Assembly: GCA_002269645.1 (NCBI GenBank)
Contig: NIVC01004238.1
Coordinates: forward strand, 1 to 53,714
Reading direction: 5' to 3'
Length of the DNA: 53,714 nucleotides
From: Macrostomum lignano
Taxonomy: Eukaryota
Shown here: positions 1 through 12,287 of the stretch, piece after piece
Layout of the letters: each line of letters begins with the position of its first letter
Numbering within the stretch: position 1 is the stretch's first letter
Notes under the pieces: generated by a model
Databases searched by the model: none
Told to the model about the DNA's origin: nothing
Seen by the model: the letters and a program-made list of their open reading frames with translations, nothing else
Translations under genes and position numbers: made by a program

Positions 1-6
1 TTATAG

Positions 7-172
7 AACGAAGGGCAGCCCAAGCAAGTCCTCGGCGACGCCGCAGATCCTCGCGGACGTCGGGAACCAGACCGCCGAGGTAGACGAACTGCTGACATCT
101 TGGAAGCTCACTCGCCTGTCCGTCAGCGGCGCCTCGCAGAAGGATTGCAGCCTCGTGTCGTCTCGGATCTTG
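7..172 (+). CDS. Possible internal exon of an unidentified gene continuing off the left edge
   Basis: TTATAG acceptor-like site at 1-6 and GTATGT donor at 173. One frame is stop-free (RTKGSPSKSSATPQILADVGNQTAEVDELLTSWKLTRLSVSGASQKDCSLVSSRIL). A minisatellite follows, as in the introns of other genes here. No family recognised. Confidence 0.3.
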
Positions 173-246
173 GTATGTATATCAGAAGCGCTCAAAGCAC
201 ATTTGGGCTTTATAAACCAGTTTTTTTTTACTTAATTCCTTAAAGG

Positions 247-912
247 GAATTGCTGAGATGTCAGGCCTTGCGGGGGAATCGCTGAGATGTCAGGGCTTAC
301 GGAGGGATTGCTGAGATGTCAGGGCTTACGGAGAGGATCGCTGAGATGTCAGGGCTTACGGAGGGATCGCTGAGATGTCAGGGCTTACGGAGGGGATCGC
401 TGAGATGTCAGGGCTTGCGGACGGATTTCTGAGATGTCAGGCCTTGCAGGGGAATCGCTGAGATGTCAGGCTTACGGAGGGGATTGCTGAGATGTCAGGG
501 CTTACGGAGGGATTGCTGAGATGTCAGGGCTTACGGAGGGATTGCTGAGATGTCAGGGCTTACGGAGGGGATCGCTGAGATGTCAGGGCTTGCGGAGGGA
601 TTTCTGAGATGTCAGGCCTTGCGGGAATCGCTGAGATGTCAGGGCTTACGGAGGGGATTGCTGAGATGTCAGGCCTTGCGGGGAAATCGCTGAAATGTCA
701 GGGTTTACGAGGGGATTGCTGAGATGTCAGGCCTTGTGGGAATCGCTGAGATGTCAGGGCTTGCGGGAGGGAATTGCTGAGATGTCAGGGCTTGCGCGGA
801 GGGAATTGCTGAGATGTCAGGCTTGCGGGAGGGAATTGCTGAGATGTCAAGGCTTAGGGGAGAATTACTGAGATGTCAAGGCTTGCAAAGGGAATTGCTG
901 AGATATCAAGCC
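247..912. repeat. Minisatellite, ~29-31 bp unit (ATTGCTGAGATGTCAGGGCTTACGGAGGG), about 22 copies
   Basis: Direct tandem repetition with a variable G-run. Confidence 0.95.
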
Positions 913-1564
913 TGAGAGGTTAGACTATAGGTGTAGTTTTTTTAAAAATTATCATTTTTTTCACCCCAACGGAGGGCGCCGAAAGCACTCAGAAGCATGC
1001 TCAAAACCGACTATTTAGCAGCATTATAAAATCACTGTATATTTTTTTTGCATTAAATTGCAAATAAAATGATTGAATCAAATTTAAACTTATTGCTTAA
1101 AAAAGCCAAAAAAACTCTCTAGCCATAACTCCGCTAATGCATTTTGCACTTGGACAGTTGTTATATAAAAACTTTACCATTAAGCTAGGTTGACTACAAT
1201 ATAGTCAGCAAATGCAGTGAACGGCAGTATGCAATATTCAATAATACAATAGCTACTTGGGGGGCAGATGAATAGCTAGCCATATGAGTGGTGGCCCGAT
1301 ACGCAGGCCTGCAAGGATCGCAACACAATAGTGAAAAATTGTGAAGAATATAAAGTTGCGATCACTGATTGATCGCGTCAGTGTCCTTCTGTCTGTATTA
1401 TGCAGAGGCCATGCAAATCGGGCAAAATTTTGAGTCTTGAGAGTTGGATTATAAAAGGCCACCCGGCAGTAAAGGAGACTTGTAGGTTGGACAGTGTCTG
1501 TTTATGAGGTGGGTAGTTAATTTGGCTATACATTTTCACTGTTATTGGAGGACTCTGCCCTTAT

Positions 1565-2125
1565 GGGGTCACCGTCATTTGGGTCACTGTCTTATGGTCA
1601 CTGTTTTGGAGTCACGCCCTTAGGGAATCACTATCTTTGGGGGTCATTGTCTTTGGAAGTCAGTCGCTGGGGGTCACTGTCTTTGGTGGTCACTGTCTTT
1701 GGGGGTCACTGTCTTTGGTGATCACTGTCTTTGGGGTCACTGTCTTTGGAGGTCACTGTCTTTGGGGGTCACTGTCTTTGGGGGTCACTATCTTTGGGGG
1801 TCACTGTCTTTGGGGGTCACTGTCTTTGGAGGTCACTGTCTTTGGTGATCACTGTCTTTGGGGTCACTGTCTTTGGAAGTCAGTCTCTGGGGGTCACTGT
1901 CTTTGGTGGTCACTGTCTCTGGGGGTCACTGTCTTCGGTGGTCACTGTCTCTGGGGGTCACTGTCTTTGGGGGTCACTGTCTCTGGGGGTCACTGTCTCT
2001 GGGGGTCACTGTCTCTGGGGTCACTGTCTCTGGGGTCACTGTCTTTGGGGGTCACTGTCTTTGGGGGTCACTACTTTTGAAAGCCACTGTCCTTGGTGTT
2101 CACTGTCTCTGGGGGGTCACTGTGC
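1565..2125. repeat. Minisatellite, 16-17 bp unit (GGGGGTCACTGTCTTT)
   Basis: Direct tandem repetition. The overlapping ORFs are repeat read-through. Confidence 0.95.
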
Positions 2126-3515
2126 TCAGGGGGAACGTGAAGGCGCAATGGAGTCGGGAGTGTGAACATTACGAAGGGCTGAGGTTGACCTCCTAGCGCC
2201 ATCAGCTCGCAACCGAATTCAGCCCTGGCCCGAGTTGTGTGCACTGCACCTATGAAGCGCAGAATTCCCGTGTATTTCACTCTCATATAACGCGTATATT
2301 GTTAAACCCGGCCTGATGAAGAAAGTTCAGTGAAGCTGTAAAATTACAAATGTAAGACATTGCAGAGTCTATATCTGTATAACCCAGGAGTTTTCACCAC
2401 TATATACACTATATAGTGTGTATACGCGGGGCCTCATCAAAATTCTCGTAGCCAAGGCAAATCGAACTACAAGTTGAAAATTTATCTCCAGGTGTAAATA
2501 GCTCCCTCCCATCTGCCTGGCTAATGTATGCATCAGAGGGTAACAGATATAACAAAGTTCTTCAGTTTCCCATAGTTATACCCCGTATATGCTGCTTAAT
2601 TTACCTTTGGTATTTGGATAAAATTTCAGTTTGTAGACCTCGAAGCGCAGGCAGTTGTGCATTCTGATATCGATACACTGAGTAATTTAGAGATGCATGT
2701 ACATGTTCTTGTGCAGACAGAGAATTTATTATTGCCAAATTTAACCCTATCTCAGGAGCAATTAAAAAATATGTATACGTTACTTGCTACTTAACCGCTT
2801 TTACCATATAAGTAGTTTAATACGGACAGCAGACGCCGCTACCAGAACCGCACTTTTGACCATAGACAATGAAGCCAATCAAGTTACTAAAACACAGGAT
2901 TGTTGACTAGGATTGCCCCCCGCTAAATCTAGATCCGCCTCCCCCGCTTAAGGCCATTATTTAACTTACCCTGAAATATAGTCTATGGTAGTGCCGCTGA
3001 TGCAGGAGACTTTTATAGTGCTTAGGAAAAACATGTCTACATGTACTGTAGAAGTTGCTTTATCAAAAAACCGTTGAGAGTGCTGAAAACTGAAAGCTAA
3101 TTCTTTCTCGCTAAAACTAATGCTTTTAATTGTAATCGTTACAAGTTTTATAACAGTAAAATCTATAGAGTCTAGATACAGTTGTAACAACAGTTTACAG
3201 TTGTAAATAATATTTTTTGTTTTATTTTTTTTCAATTCGAATATGCATCGGAATAGATAATTGAACTTGGTGGATTATTATAACAAAGTAGAATAATATT
3301 TATGAGACGTGACTAGAGGTTAAAAGCACAATTATACATCTGTTCATATTGATATTGCTAAACAAAAAACTTGGGTATTACAAATGTTTTATGGGATTAG
3401 GTAATACAATAAAATTGATATTTGAAGCTCAAAGTTTATTAGTTATTTAAAATTATAAATAGTTACACAAAATATACGATACATTAAAATAAATGTATTA
3501 TATATTATATTATTA

Positions 3516-4260
3516 TAGCTTTTGGCAGCCTATTTGGGCTTACGCGCATTTAATTTAATCCAAGATACGTTTGCCAATGTAATGGAGCTTTTGTCTATGG
3601 TAGCAAGGCTTCCGCAGCGGCATTAATTAATTTGGTCCAACAAGCATCAATTTGGTCCGAATGCTTGTGAGCCAATGGCAAACTCTTGCCTTCTTGCAGC
3701 TGCCTAAGGGAATGTCAGCGTCTGCACCAGCAATTTCCCGTCGCTTTTCCAGAGCTCTGCTGATAGTCCAAATCTGATAACCAACTGGAACTGTTCCTTC
3801 AACTGCTGCTGCATTTTCTGCAACGTCAACAAAGGGTTCGTCTCAATTGCATTAAGTAGCAGTTGGACCTGAGTCTCTAGCAACTTGCCTTGGCGATTGC
3901 CACCTTACCACAGGCGACCTATGCCAGAAGTGGTTTCAACACGCTGATGGATGCTGTAAACCATCTTTCTTCTGTATTCAGCAGCCTTGCAATGTCCTAT
4001 GGGTGTTCACCGCTGTTGAGTGCTTTGATCACAAGCCAGTGGCATTCGTTCTACAACCTAGCATGGTTCACAATTCTGGGGCTGGTGTTGCTCCTCCGCA
4101 ACAGTTGAAAATAAAGCTATGGACCAAATTCATGCTTGTTGGACCAAATTAAGTGGCGCTGTGGCAGTCTTGCCACCATAGACAAAAGCTCCGGTACATT
4201 GGCAAACCTATCTTGGATTAAATCAAATGCGCGCCAGCCGAAATAGGCTGCCAAAAGCGA
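3516..4260 (-). mobile_element. Tc1/mariner(IS630)-type internal-deletion derivative with ~140-bp imperfect TIRs
   Basis: ~3516-3658 is the imperfect reverse complement of ~4121-4260, with TA on both flanks (3514-15, 4261-62). The interior on the minus strand translates, with stops and frameshifts, to a transposase N-terminal HTH-like region (LVIKALNSGEHP*DIARLL...VYSIHQRVETTSG...GGNRQGKL...AIETNPLLTLQKMQQQLKEQF...TISRAL). Confidence 0.85.
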
Positions 4261-4604
4261 TAGTCCTAAGTACGTCCTAAAAGCAAAAGCTTAAGTTAGG
4301 AAATAAAAATTATTGAAATAAAATTGCAACAATAAAGTTTTAATATGTTTTTAGCTTTTAAAAGCATGCTGGGACGATATTAAGCGACAATATAGTTGAG
4401 AAGTTTAGAAAACAATTTTTTAAGTTACTCGTAATGTTTTAATGAAAAAGACGCTGTTAAATATCCGTAGTCCGTACTGTTCAGTAGTAAATAACTGGTT
4501 CAAACTTCAATCGGATATGTTTTGAATTCAAACGGGCGTAACTTGCAATTTGAAACATTTTGATCAAGACCTTCTGCGCCAGTACGGGTGTACATGTAGC
4601 TCTT

Positions 4605-5648
4605 TTAGCAGCCAGTAAACGCGGCATTAACAATCCGGATATCGATAGCGGCTTTAGCAAACAGCAGACACCGGATGCTGCCGTTAAGCCGGAACGTGCT
4701 TGTAAGGTGGGACACTACCCCAAGCGAGACGCACAGCGGTTCAACTGGTTGATACAGCACCAACAATGAGCTCCACTGGGTCAGGGTAGACCGAGGACCC
4801 CCGCCGCGCCACAGGGTGAAACTGGAGTTAGTGGAGTCGAATTGAAATCCCAGAGTGACGTAGTCGGTATCCTCGGAGCCAGCAGCCGCTTGGTCAGCGT
4901 GCAACGTCAGTGTCGAGGCTGCAACTGCCGACGGACGGGACGCCAGTTTCACACTCAGTCGAGTTTCATCAGTTTCAAACACGGACACCACAGTCTTGCG
5001 CTGATTGGAACAGCTGTGCAAACTAAAATAGCCAGAGCCTGCTGCCGCGGACAGACCGTTACCATAGCGACGTACTCGCATAAACAACGACGAATCGTTT
5101 AGAGAAAAATTCAATCCAGCGGCAAACGGAGTGCCAACAATGCTTGACAGGTAGGCAAAGTCTTTGTCTCCGCCAGGTAGCACCAGGCCCTCCTTAGAGT
5201 TGAAGCTACTGTTCCCAGAGGCATTAAACTTACCAGTGTGGCCCTCGACGGACAGCAAAATATCCGGTGTCAGCCGAAAGTCCCAGAAGCCGGTAATTTT
5301 AGACGAGTGCATCTCAGACCTGAAGCGACTCTTGCAGTTGCCAGACTCCGGCCAGAAACCAATCACCTGGCCCAGAGTGGCCATCGCGCACGGCGACAAA
5401 CCCGAGTCCGTGTTGAACACCAAACAGGTGCTGCTGGTTAAGCAGGCTAGGGCGCATTCCGAAGCGCTTAAGATCCGATATGACGGGCTGGAGAACTGAT
5501 CAGGTATCGGGCACCGATTAATTATCAAATAGGTAGCTGAGGTGGCAGGTGCACTGGCATCCAGAGCTGCCCAGACCAATTTGGAAGTTGAACCGAAGGC
5601 CAGTAGAAGACAAACAGCAACCAATACAGACGAATGAATAGTAGCCAT
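4605..5648 (-). CDS. Secreted protein (347 aa): signal peptide, PAN/Apple-like Cys module, probable LamG/ConA-like beta domain
   Basis: ATG-initiated intronless ORF with a hydrophobic N-terminus (VLVAVCLLLAFG). Apple-like SASECALACLTSSTCLVFN...C spacing. The C-terminal beta-rich region (ITGFWDF...VTLGFQFD...LNGSIRCLLF) resembles ConA/LamG folds. Confidence 0.75.
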   Translation of the reverse strand: MATIHSSVLVAVCLLLAFGSTSKLVWAALDASAPATSATYLIINRCPIPDQFSSPSYRILSASECALACLTSSTCLVFNTDSGLSPCAMATLGQVIGFWPESGNCKSRFRSEMHSSKITGFWDFRLTPDILLSVEGHTGKFNASGNSSFNSKEGLVLPGGDKDFAYLSSIVGTPFAAGLNFSLNDSSLFMRVRRYGNGLSAAAGSGYFSLHSCSNQRKTVVSVFETDETRLSVKLASRPSAVAASTLTLHADQAAAGSEDTDYVTLGFQFDSTNSSFTLWRGGGPRSTLTQWSSLLVLYQPVEPLCVSLGVVSHLTSTFRLNGSIRCLLFAKAAIDIRIVNAAFTGC

Positions 5649-7204
5649 AATTAGGCAGACTTAAATTTATTTTTCAGAGTTCGCGTCGTGTTCACTTTCC
5701 AGATCGTTGCTAGAGAATTTATAGCTTAGCATTGATCGCTAATTCAGACGGAAAGCATATCACTCGGTTGCCAATAGCAACCACGGATGGTGGAAAGAGA
5801 CTTTGAGAAACATACGTCTAATTAAGTGGCAGAATCGCATCGGTAATGTAATTAGCCATAAAGTATTGTGGCTAACAAAAGACTGCTAATTTTATTAACC
5901 AATTAGTAGTTACACTTATGCTTCAGTGAGGTGCCGCGGCATGATCAGAAAGATGAATGACAGCTAGACAGAGACACTTGCGCCAAGTATACTACTGTAC
6001 GATCTTTACTGAAAAATGGAAAGCAGTGATTTATGGGCCAAGTGAGAGAGGAAAGAAGGGAATGGAGGAGAGAGAAGAGGAGAGAGAAGGTTGCCATTGT
6101 GAAGTTCAAACGACCCCGAGGGCCGGATAGAGAACGATAGGCTTCGCGGACCGAAGTTTGCCGACCCCTGCTTTTCTGAAATAATTCACAGATTCATTTT
6201 ACATTCATTTATTTACATGTGCTACAGCTCTGAGAAACTTCAAGTTCAATTTACCATGTAGACTCTCAACAGCATTTTCTTAACATCCTTAAGGTCTTAA
6301 CATCCGAGGATATGGTAAATTGGATGTCTAACACCCTGAGGATCTGGGAGGGTGATGGTCTTAACAATCCGATGATATGCATGGTAAATTGGATGCAACA
6401 CCTGAGAGAATATGGGAGGATGACGGTGTAACACCAAAGAATATGGGACATGTCTGGTATAATACCCGAGGATACAACATACATGATTGGAGCAATGACA
6501 GTCTAACACCCGGAGGGTCTAAAGAGAGTGCAGCGGTCGAAGGTCTAACATTCGAGGTTCTTGGAGAGTTCAAGGGCTTCTAGAGAAATTTACGTACAAA
6601 TTTTTAGCAGCATATCCCCCTGCTCAAATTTAAGAGACCAGGTTAAGTAGCCAGCTTAAGCATTAATTAATCAACTCCTGGGAGACAGTTTGGCTTGTTT
6701 GAAACTCAGCAGCCATGTGTTACTGGATCAGACTGACTGCGGTGGTTCACACGACATGGAAGCACCTAGCACCTTTGCACCTCCGATTATAACAGCGCAG
6801 GGAAACCAATGAGCTGCCGCCGATATATCTTAACAATTCTTAAGTCAATAGATGGCACAATGGATAACTCCAACTCCCGAGACTGCCAATGAGCCAAGCA
6901 AACGCCCGGTCATTGTCTGCAGAGAGCTGTTCCACTAGCCTCGAAGCTGCAGCAAATTGTCAAGCTTTTTCTCATACCAAGTATCGACTAGCTTGGTCAG
7001 CCACCAATTTCAGTAGGTAAACAGCTCGATGGCGTGTTGATATCATCATCAAGCTCAAATATAGAGCACGTTATGGCAGCCGGGTCAAAGATAGAGCCAA
7101 TACCCAATTTCTTACTTTTTAACAATTTAAAGAGAGTGCTCGAATTATTGTGTTATTTTGTAGTTTTCTTTCTCATCTAAGCCCATCCTCCCCCAACTCT
7201 CAGC

Positions 7205-7730
7205 ACCAGTCTAATTCGTCTGTTTTTGTACTTTTTTATGTGCGCACTTTCTCTCTCCGCATGCCCATCTCTCCTGCGTCTCTCTACCCCAACCCAGTTT
7301 TGCATCTATGTGCGCACTTTCTCTCCCTGCGAGCCCCTCTCTCCTGCGCCTTTCTACCCCAACCCAGTTAGTCTGTGTGCATTTATGTGCGCACTTTCTC
7401 TCTCGGCGAGCCCCTCTCTCCCGCGCCTCTCTGCCCCAACCCAGTTAGTCTGAGTGCATCTATGTGCGCACTTGCCTGCGTGCCCCTCTCTCCTGCGCCT
7501 CTCTGCCCCAACCCAGTTAGTCTGTGTGCATCTATGTGCGCACTTTCTCTCCCCGCGAAGCCCCTCTCTCCTGCGCCTCTCTGCCCCAACCCAGTTAGTC
7601 TGAGTGCATCTATGTGCGCACTTTCTCTCCCCGCGAAGCCCCTCTCTCCTGCGCCTCTCTGCCCCAACCCAGTTAGTCTGAGTGCATCTATGTGCGCACT
7701 TGCCTGCGTGCCCCTCTCTCCTGCGCCTTT
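7205..7730. repeat. Minisatellite, 70-78 bp unit (...CCCAACCCAGTTAGTCTGTGTGCATCTATGTGCGCACTTTCTCTCCCCGCGAAGCCCCTCTCTCCTGCGCC...), about 7 copies
   Basis: The anchor CCCAAC recurs at 7288, 7358, 7435, 7507, 7585 and 7663. Confidence 0.9.
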
Positions 7731-8264
7731 GTCCCGTTCCTGCCTCCCTTTTTCCGTCCTAATTTATGTTCTTTAAATTCATAGCATAAAACAAGAAGAC
7801 AAAGGATTTTTAAAAACTAAATGATGTTCATCTGTAGGGTAAAAAACTAGATATGTAAGTGCAAATTTCATTAACCAGTATATTTTGTCAACACTTACTT
7901 TTCTTAATCAAAGAGTCTGACTGTGCTAAAATAAGAAAAATTGCGTTGAAATTCAAACACACTAATAATAATACTTACAGATAAAATAATCGATCATATA
8001 CTAAAAAAATCTGTTTGACTAGCCAAAATGTACACAATGGCACTGCGTAATTTAATATAAGGAAGAATCCGTCGAAAGATTTTTAATGGTTACAAAAAAG
8101 GGTATATATGGTCAAAAATCTAAATCAAATGTCTGTTAACGTAGCAAAGAAATTTTAGGTTCAAGTTTATACATGCAATTGGTACATAGGGTATTTACTG
8201 GAGAATTTAGGTATTCTTATTTTTTCCTTACTTTTCATCCCATCAGATTTCCTCTTTATCTCAT

Positions 8265-8945
8265 TTTTACCTCCCCTCGCATACTCCCCTTTCGATCCTC
8301 TTTCTACTCCCCTTCCACCCTCTCTCTACTCCCCTTTTATCCCATATCTCTACTTTCCTTCAATTCTCTCTCTACTCCCATTCCATCCTCTCTCTACTCC
8401 CCATTTATCCCATATCTCTACTTTCCTTCAATTCTCTCTCTACTCCCATTCCATCCTCTCTCTACTCCCCATTTATCCCATATCTCTACTTTCCTTCAAT
8501 TCTCTCTCTACTCCCATTCCATCCTCTCTCTACTCCCCTTTTATCCCATATCTCTACTTTCCTTCAATTCTCTCTCTACTCCTCTTCTATCCTCTCTCTA
8601 CTCCCCTTCCACCCTCCCTCTCTACTTCTCTTCCTTCCTCTCTACTCCCATTCCACCCTCTCTCTCTACTCCCATTCCACCCTCTCTCTCTACTCCCATT
8701 CCACCCTCTCTCTCTACTTCCATTCCACCCTCTCTCTCTACTTCCATTCCACCCTCTCTCTCTACTTCCATTCCTTCCTCTCTCTACTCCCATTCCATCC
8801 TCTCTCTCTCTACTCCCATTCCATCCTCTCTCTCTACTCCCATTCCATCCTCTCTCTCTACTCCCATTCCATCCCTTTTTAATCCGCTCTCCCCCCGTTT
8901 CATCTACTCCTCTTCTCTTCTATATCATTCTCTAATCTCCATCTT
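8265..8945. repeat. C/T-rich minisatellite (CTCTCTCTACTCCCATTCCATC-type units)
   Basis: Strongly pyrimidine-biased tandem units on the + strand. Confidence 0.9.
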
Positions 8946-8951
8946 ATCTCC

Positions 8952-9364
8952 CAGGGGCGTAGCCAGGAATTTTGATTGGGGGGGGGCCGTGAGTTAGAGG
9001 GCGCCAGCTTCTTATAGGGGGGGGGGCGCCAGTTTCTTTTAGGGGGGGGGCGCCAGTTTCTTTTAGGGGGGGGGCGCCAGTTTCTTTTAGGGGGGGGGGG
9101 GCGCCAGTTTCTTTTAGGGGGGGGGGCGCCAGTTTCTTTTAGGGGGGGCGCCAGTTTCTTTTAGGGGGGGCGCCAGTTTCTTTTAGGGGGGGGGGGGCGC
9201 CAGTTTCTTTTAGGGGGGGCGCCAGTTTCTTTTAGGGGGGGGGCGCCAGTTTCTTTTAGGGGAGGGGGCGCCAGTTTCTTTTAGGGGGGGGGCGCCAAGG
9301 CCAGAGTTGGTGATTGGGGGGGGGGGCCACGGCCCCCCTTGCCCCTCCTCTGGCTACGCCCCTG
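8952..9364. mobile_element. hAT-like non-autonomous element (MITE), 413 bp, with an internal ~25-bp G-rich tandem repeat
   Basis: Perfect 15-bp TIRs CAGGGGCGTAGCCAG / CTGGCTACGCCCCTG. Identical 8-bp TSD TTATCTCC at 8944-8951 and 9365-9372. Internal repeat is (GGGGGGGCGCCAGTTTCTTTTA)n. Confidence 0.92.
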
Positions 9365-9427
9365 TTATCTCCCTCACCGCGTCATCCCAGCTCAGTCTCT
9401 GCTCATCTTGACTTAACTACAAAGTAC

Positions 9428-12231
9428 TCACAGCGGCGGCACAAGCACTGGCAACCAGACAGACACATCCTCATTCTTAGCCGCATCGTATCCACTAGCG
9501 CAAGGGTTGGACAACAGCTGGGCATGACACGCCCTGCTGCAAGCCAGCGACAGCTCAAAAGTGGCCATCCTGTCCAATTCCGAATAGCATACCACGGGAA
9601 AAGCGAACACGAACACGGCCGAATGGCAGACAATGCACAGAGCAGTTGGGCAGCCAGCCAGTTCTTGCAATTGGCGAGGCAGACGCTTTTGAAACACGGC
9701 AGCAGTAGGATCTGGCGACTGTCCGGAACTAGATACAACAAAGCACCTGTGTACAGTTCGCAGCGCCAGCTCCTCGAGACTTGGCACACAGTTTTCACAA
9801 CAGTCTCCTATTGTAGAAATTTCCCCAGGTAAAATCAAACAGGAAGCGACGTCTGATAGCGGATTAACGACACTCAGACTGCAGTGGGTGGCCAGTGCTT
9901 GCGCATGGGGTCCCAGCTTGCCGCAACGGTACATGTACGATTGGAAAGGCGGCAAACGGTCCCAGCGTTGCAGCAGGCTGCCAGGGATGTAAGCCAGACG
10001 GGAGTTGCTGTCTGCGAACAGGTTCTGCAGGCTGTGCATGGAGCCAAGGCCTGTTGGTTGGTTTGACAAAAATGCAATTAGTTAGGAACAAAAAAATCTA
10101 TTTTTATTACTTTAAAAAGTAGTAGATTAAGCAATGCGACTGTAATGTGACAGAATGGTCTTAAAAAGCCTACCGAAATTTTTCAAAATTTCTTTGCTTG
10201 TTTGCTTGTAACTTCTTTGTTGCAGTGTAAGCGTATTGTGGTAATTGTCACTGCAGACAGGGCAATTGTCACTGCAGACAGGGCAATTGTCACTGCAGAC
10301 AGGGCAATTGTCACTGCAGACAGGGCAATTGTCACTGCAGACAGGGCAATTGTCACTGCAGACAGGGCAATTGTCACTGCAGACAGGGCAATTGTCACTG
10401 CAGACAGGGCAATTGTCACTGCAGACAGGGCAATTGTCACTGCAGACAGGGCAATTGTCACTGCAGACAGGGCAATTGTCACTGCAGACAGGGCAATTGT
10501 CACTGCAGACAGGGCAATTGTCACTGCAGACAGGGCAATTGTCACTGCAGACAGGGCAATTGTCACTGCAGACAGGGCAATTGTCACTGCAGACAGGGCA
10601 ATTGTCACTGCAGACAGGGCAATTGTCACTGCAGACAGGGCAATTGTCACTGCAGACAGGGCAATCGTCACTGCAGACAGGTAAAATCAGAGGCTCACAC
10701 TGAGGCAGATAGAGCAGTTCCAAAGACGATATATACAAAGACTTGAGCCGATGCAGATAGCAGATCTGTCTTGGCAAACTCTCAATGGGATTAGCGTCCA
10801 AGCTTAAATAAACCAAAGATTTCAGGTAACAAATGCTCGAAGGCAGCTGGCTGATCCCATTAGAATACAGCATTAGAACTTCCAGTTCCGGCCAAGCATT
10901 TGCAGGTATATGCGGCAGACTGCAAATGGCATTGTGACCCAAATTCAGTTTCGACAGCAATGCCAGTCTAAACAGTACAGTTGGAAACTCAACCAATCGA
11001 TTGCCGCATAAATTCAACTCGGTCAAATTGCAAAGTAGAAAAGTGGATTCTGGCAGCTTAACTATCAAATTGTTTGGCATGTGCAATAGGCTGATGCAGT
11101 GCGGATGCTGGGCAGGTGTTAGATCGCCCTGAAATTCAGATTGGATTTTAGCCAATTAGCCCGTTCAGTCTCTCAGCTACTCCCTGCCCCCTCACTCAGC
11201 TACTCCCTGCCCCTCACTCAGCTACTCCCTGCCCCTCACTCAGCTACTCCCTGCCCCTCACTCAGCTACTCCCTGCCCCTCACTCAGCTACTCCCTGCCC
11301 CTCACTCAGCTACTCCCTGCCCTTCACTCAGCTACTCCCTGCCCCTCACTCAGCTACTCCCTGCCCCTCACTCAGCTACTCCCTGCCCCTCACTCAGCTA
11401 CTCACTGCCCCTCACTCAGGTACTCCCTGCCCCTTCACTCAGCTACTCCCTGCCCCTCACTCAGCTACTCCCTGCCCCTCACTCAGCTACTCCCTGCCCC
11501 TCACTCAGCTACTCACTGCCCCTCACTCAGCTACTCACTGCCCCTCACTCAGCTACTCCCTCCCCCTCACTCAGCTACTCCCTGCCCCTCACTCAGCTAC
11601 TCACTGCCCCTCACTCAGGTACTCCCTGCCCCTCACTCAGCTACTCCCTGCCCCTCACTCAGCTACTCCCTGCCCCTCACTCAGCTACTCCCTGCCCCCT
11701 CACTCAGCTACTCCCTGCCCCTCATTCAGCTACTCCCTGCCCCCTCACTCAGCTACTCCCTGCCCCCTCACTCAGCTACTCCCTGCCCCTCACTCAGCTA
11801 CTCACTGCCCCTCACTCAGCTACTCCCTGCCCCTCACTCAGCTACTCCCTGCCCCTCACTCAGCTACTCCCTGTCCCTCACTCAGCTACTCCCTGCCCCT
11901 CACTCAGCTACTCCCTGCCCCTCACTCAGCTACTGCCTGCCCCTCATTCAGCTACTCCCTGCCCCTCACTCAGCTACTCCCTGCCCCTCACTCAGCTACT
12001 CCCTGCCCCTCACTCAGCTACTCCCTGCCCCTCACTCAGCTACTTTCAAGCTCTCTAATACATGCACAATAAAAAAGCTCCCACCAGAGTCTCCATGCAG
12101 CAGCCTTTCAAGTAGAGCTTGGCATTGCCAGCCAATTTGTCGGACTCTGAGAGCTGCGTTAGCAACTGCGACAGGTCCTCGATTCGCTCCTGGTTGAGGT
12201 GAAACACGGGACCTGGGTCTTCTACGTTGGC
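9428..12231 (-). CDS. LRRC28: LRRC28-like leucine-rich repeat protein; exons 12231-12085, 11128-10699, 10050-9428 (first coding exon not located)
   Basis: GT-AG junctions join in phase (ETL|GDL; LPQ-C-LGSMHSL). Contains multiple LRRs. The C-terminus VPSLEELALRTV...LPRQLQELAGCPTALCIVCHSAVFVFAFP...ACSRAC matches the LRRC28-type cap (LQELAMR...LPRSLLELLHCPLGHCHRC...CCSTQC), compared from memory. Confidence 0.85.
10244..10680. repeat. Intronic minisatellite, 21 bp (ATTGTCACTGCAGACAGGGCA) x21, near-perfect
   Basis: Exact 21-bp period inside LRRC28 intron 10698-10051. Confidence 0.97.
11168..12045. repeat. Intronic minisatellite, 22 bp (CTCACTCAGCTACTCCCTGCCC), about 40 copies
   Basis: Tandem repetition inside LRRC28 intron 12084-11129. 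Confidence 0.97.
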
Positions 12232-12287
12232 CTGAAATTTTTTGCTGATCTACATATAAAGACACGGAATTACGGGTACAAATATTG

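Noticed and set aside
6260-6583. Short overlapping ORFs with a weak AACACCCGAGGA periodicity
   Set aside because: Too degenerate to call as either a repeat or a gene.
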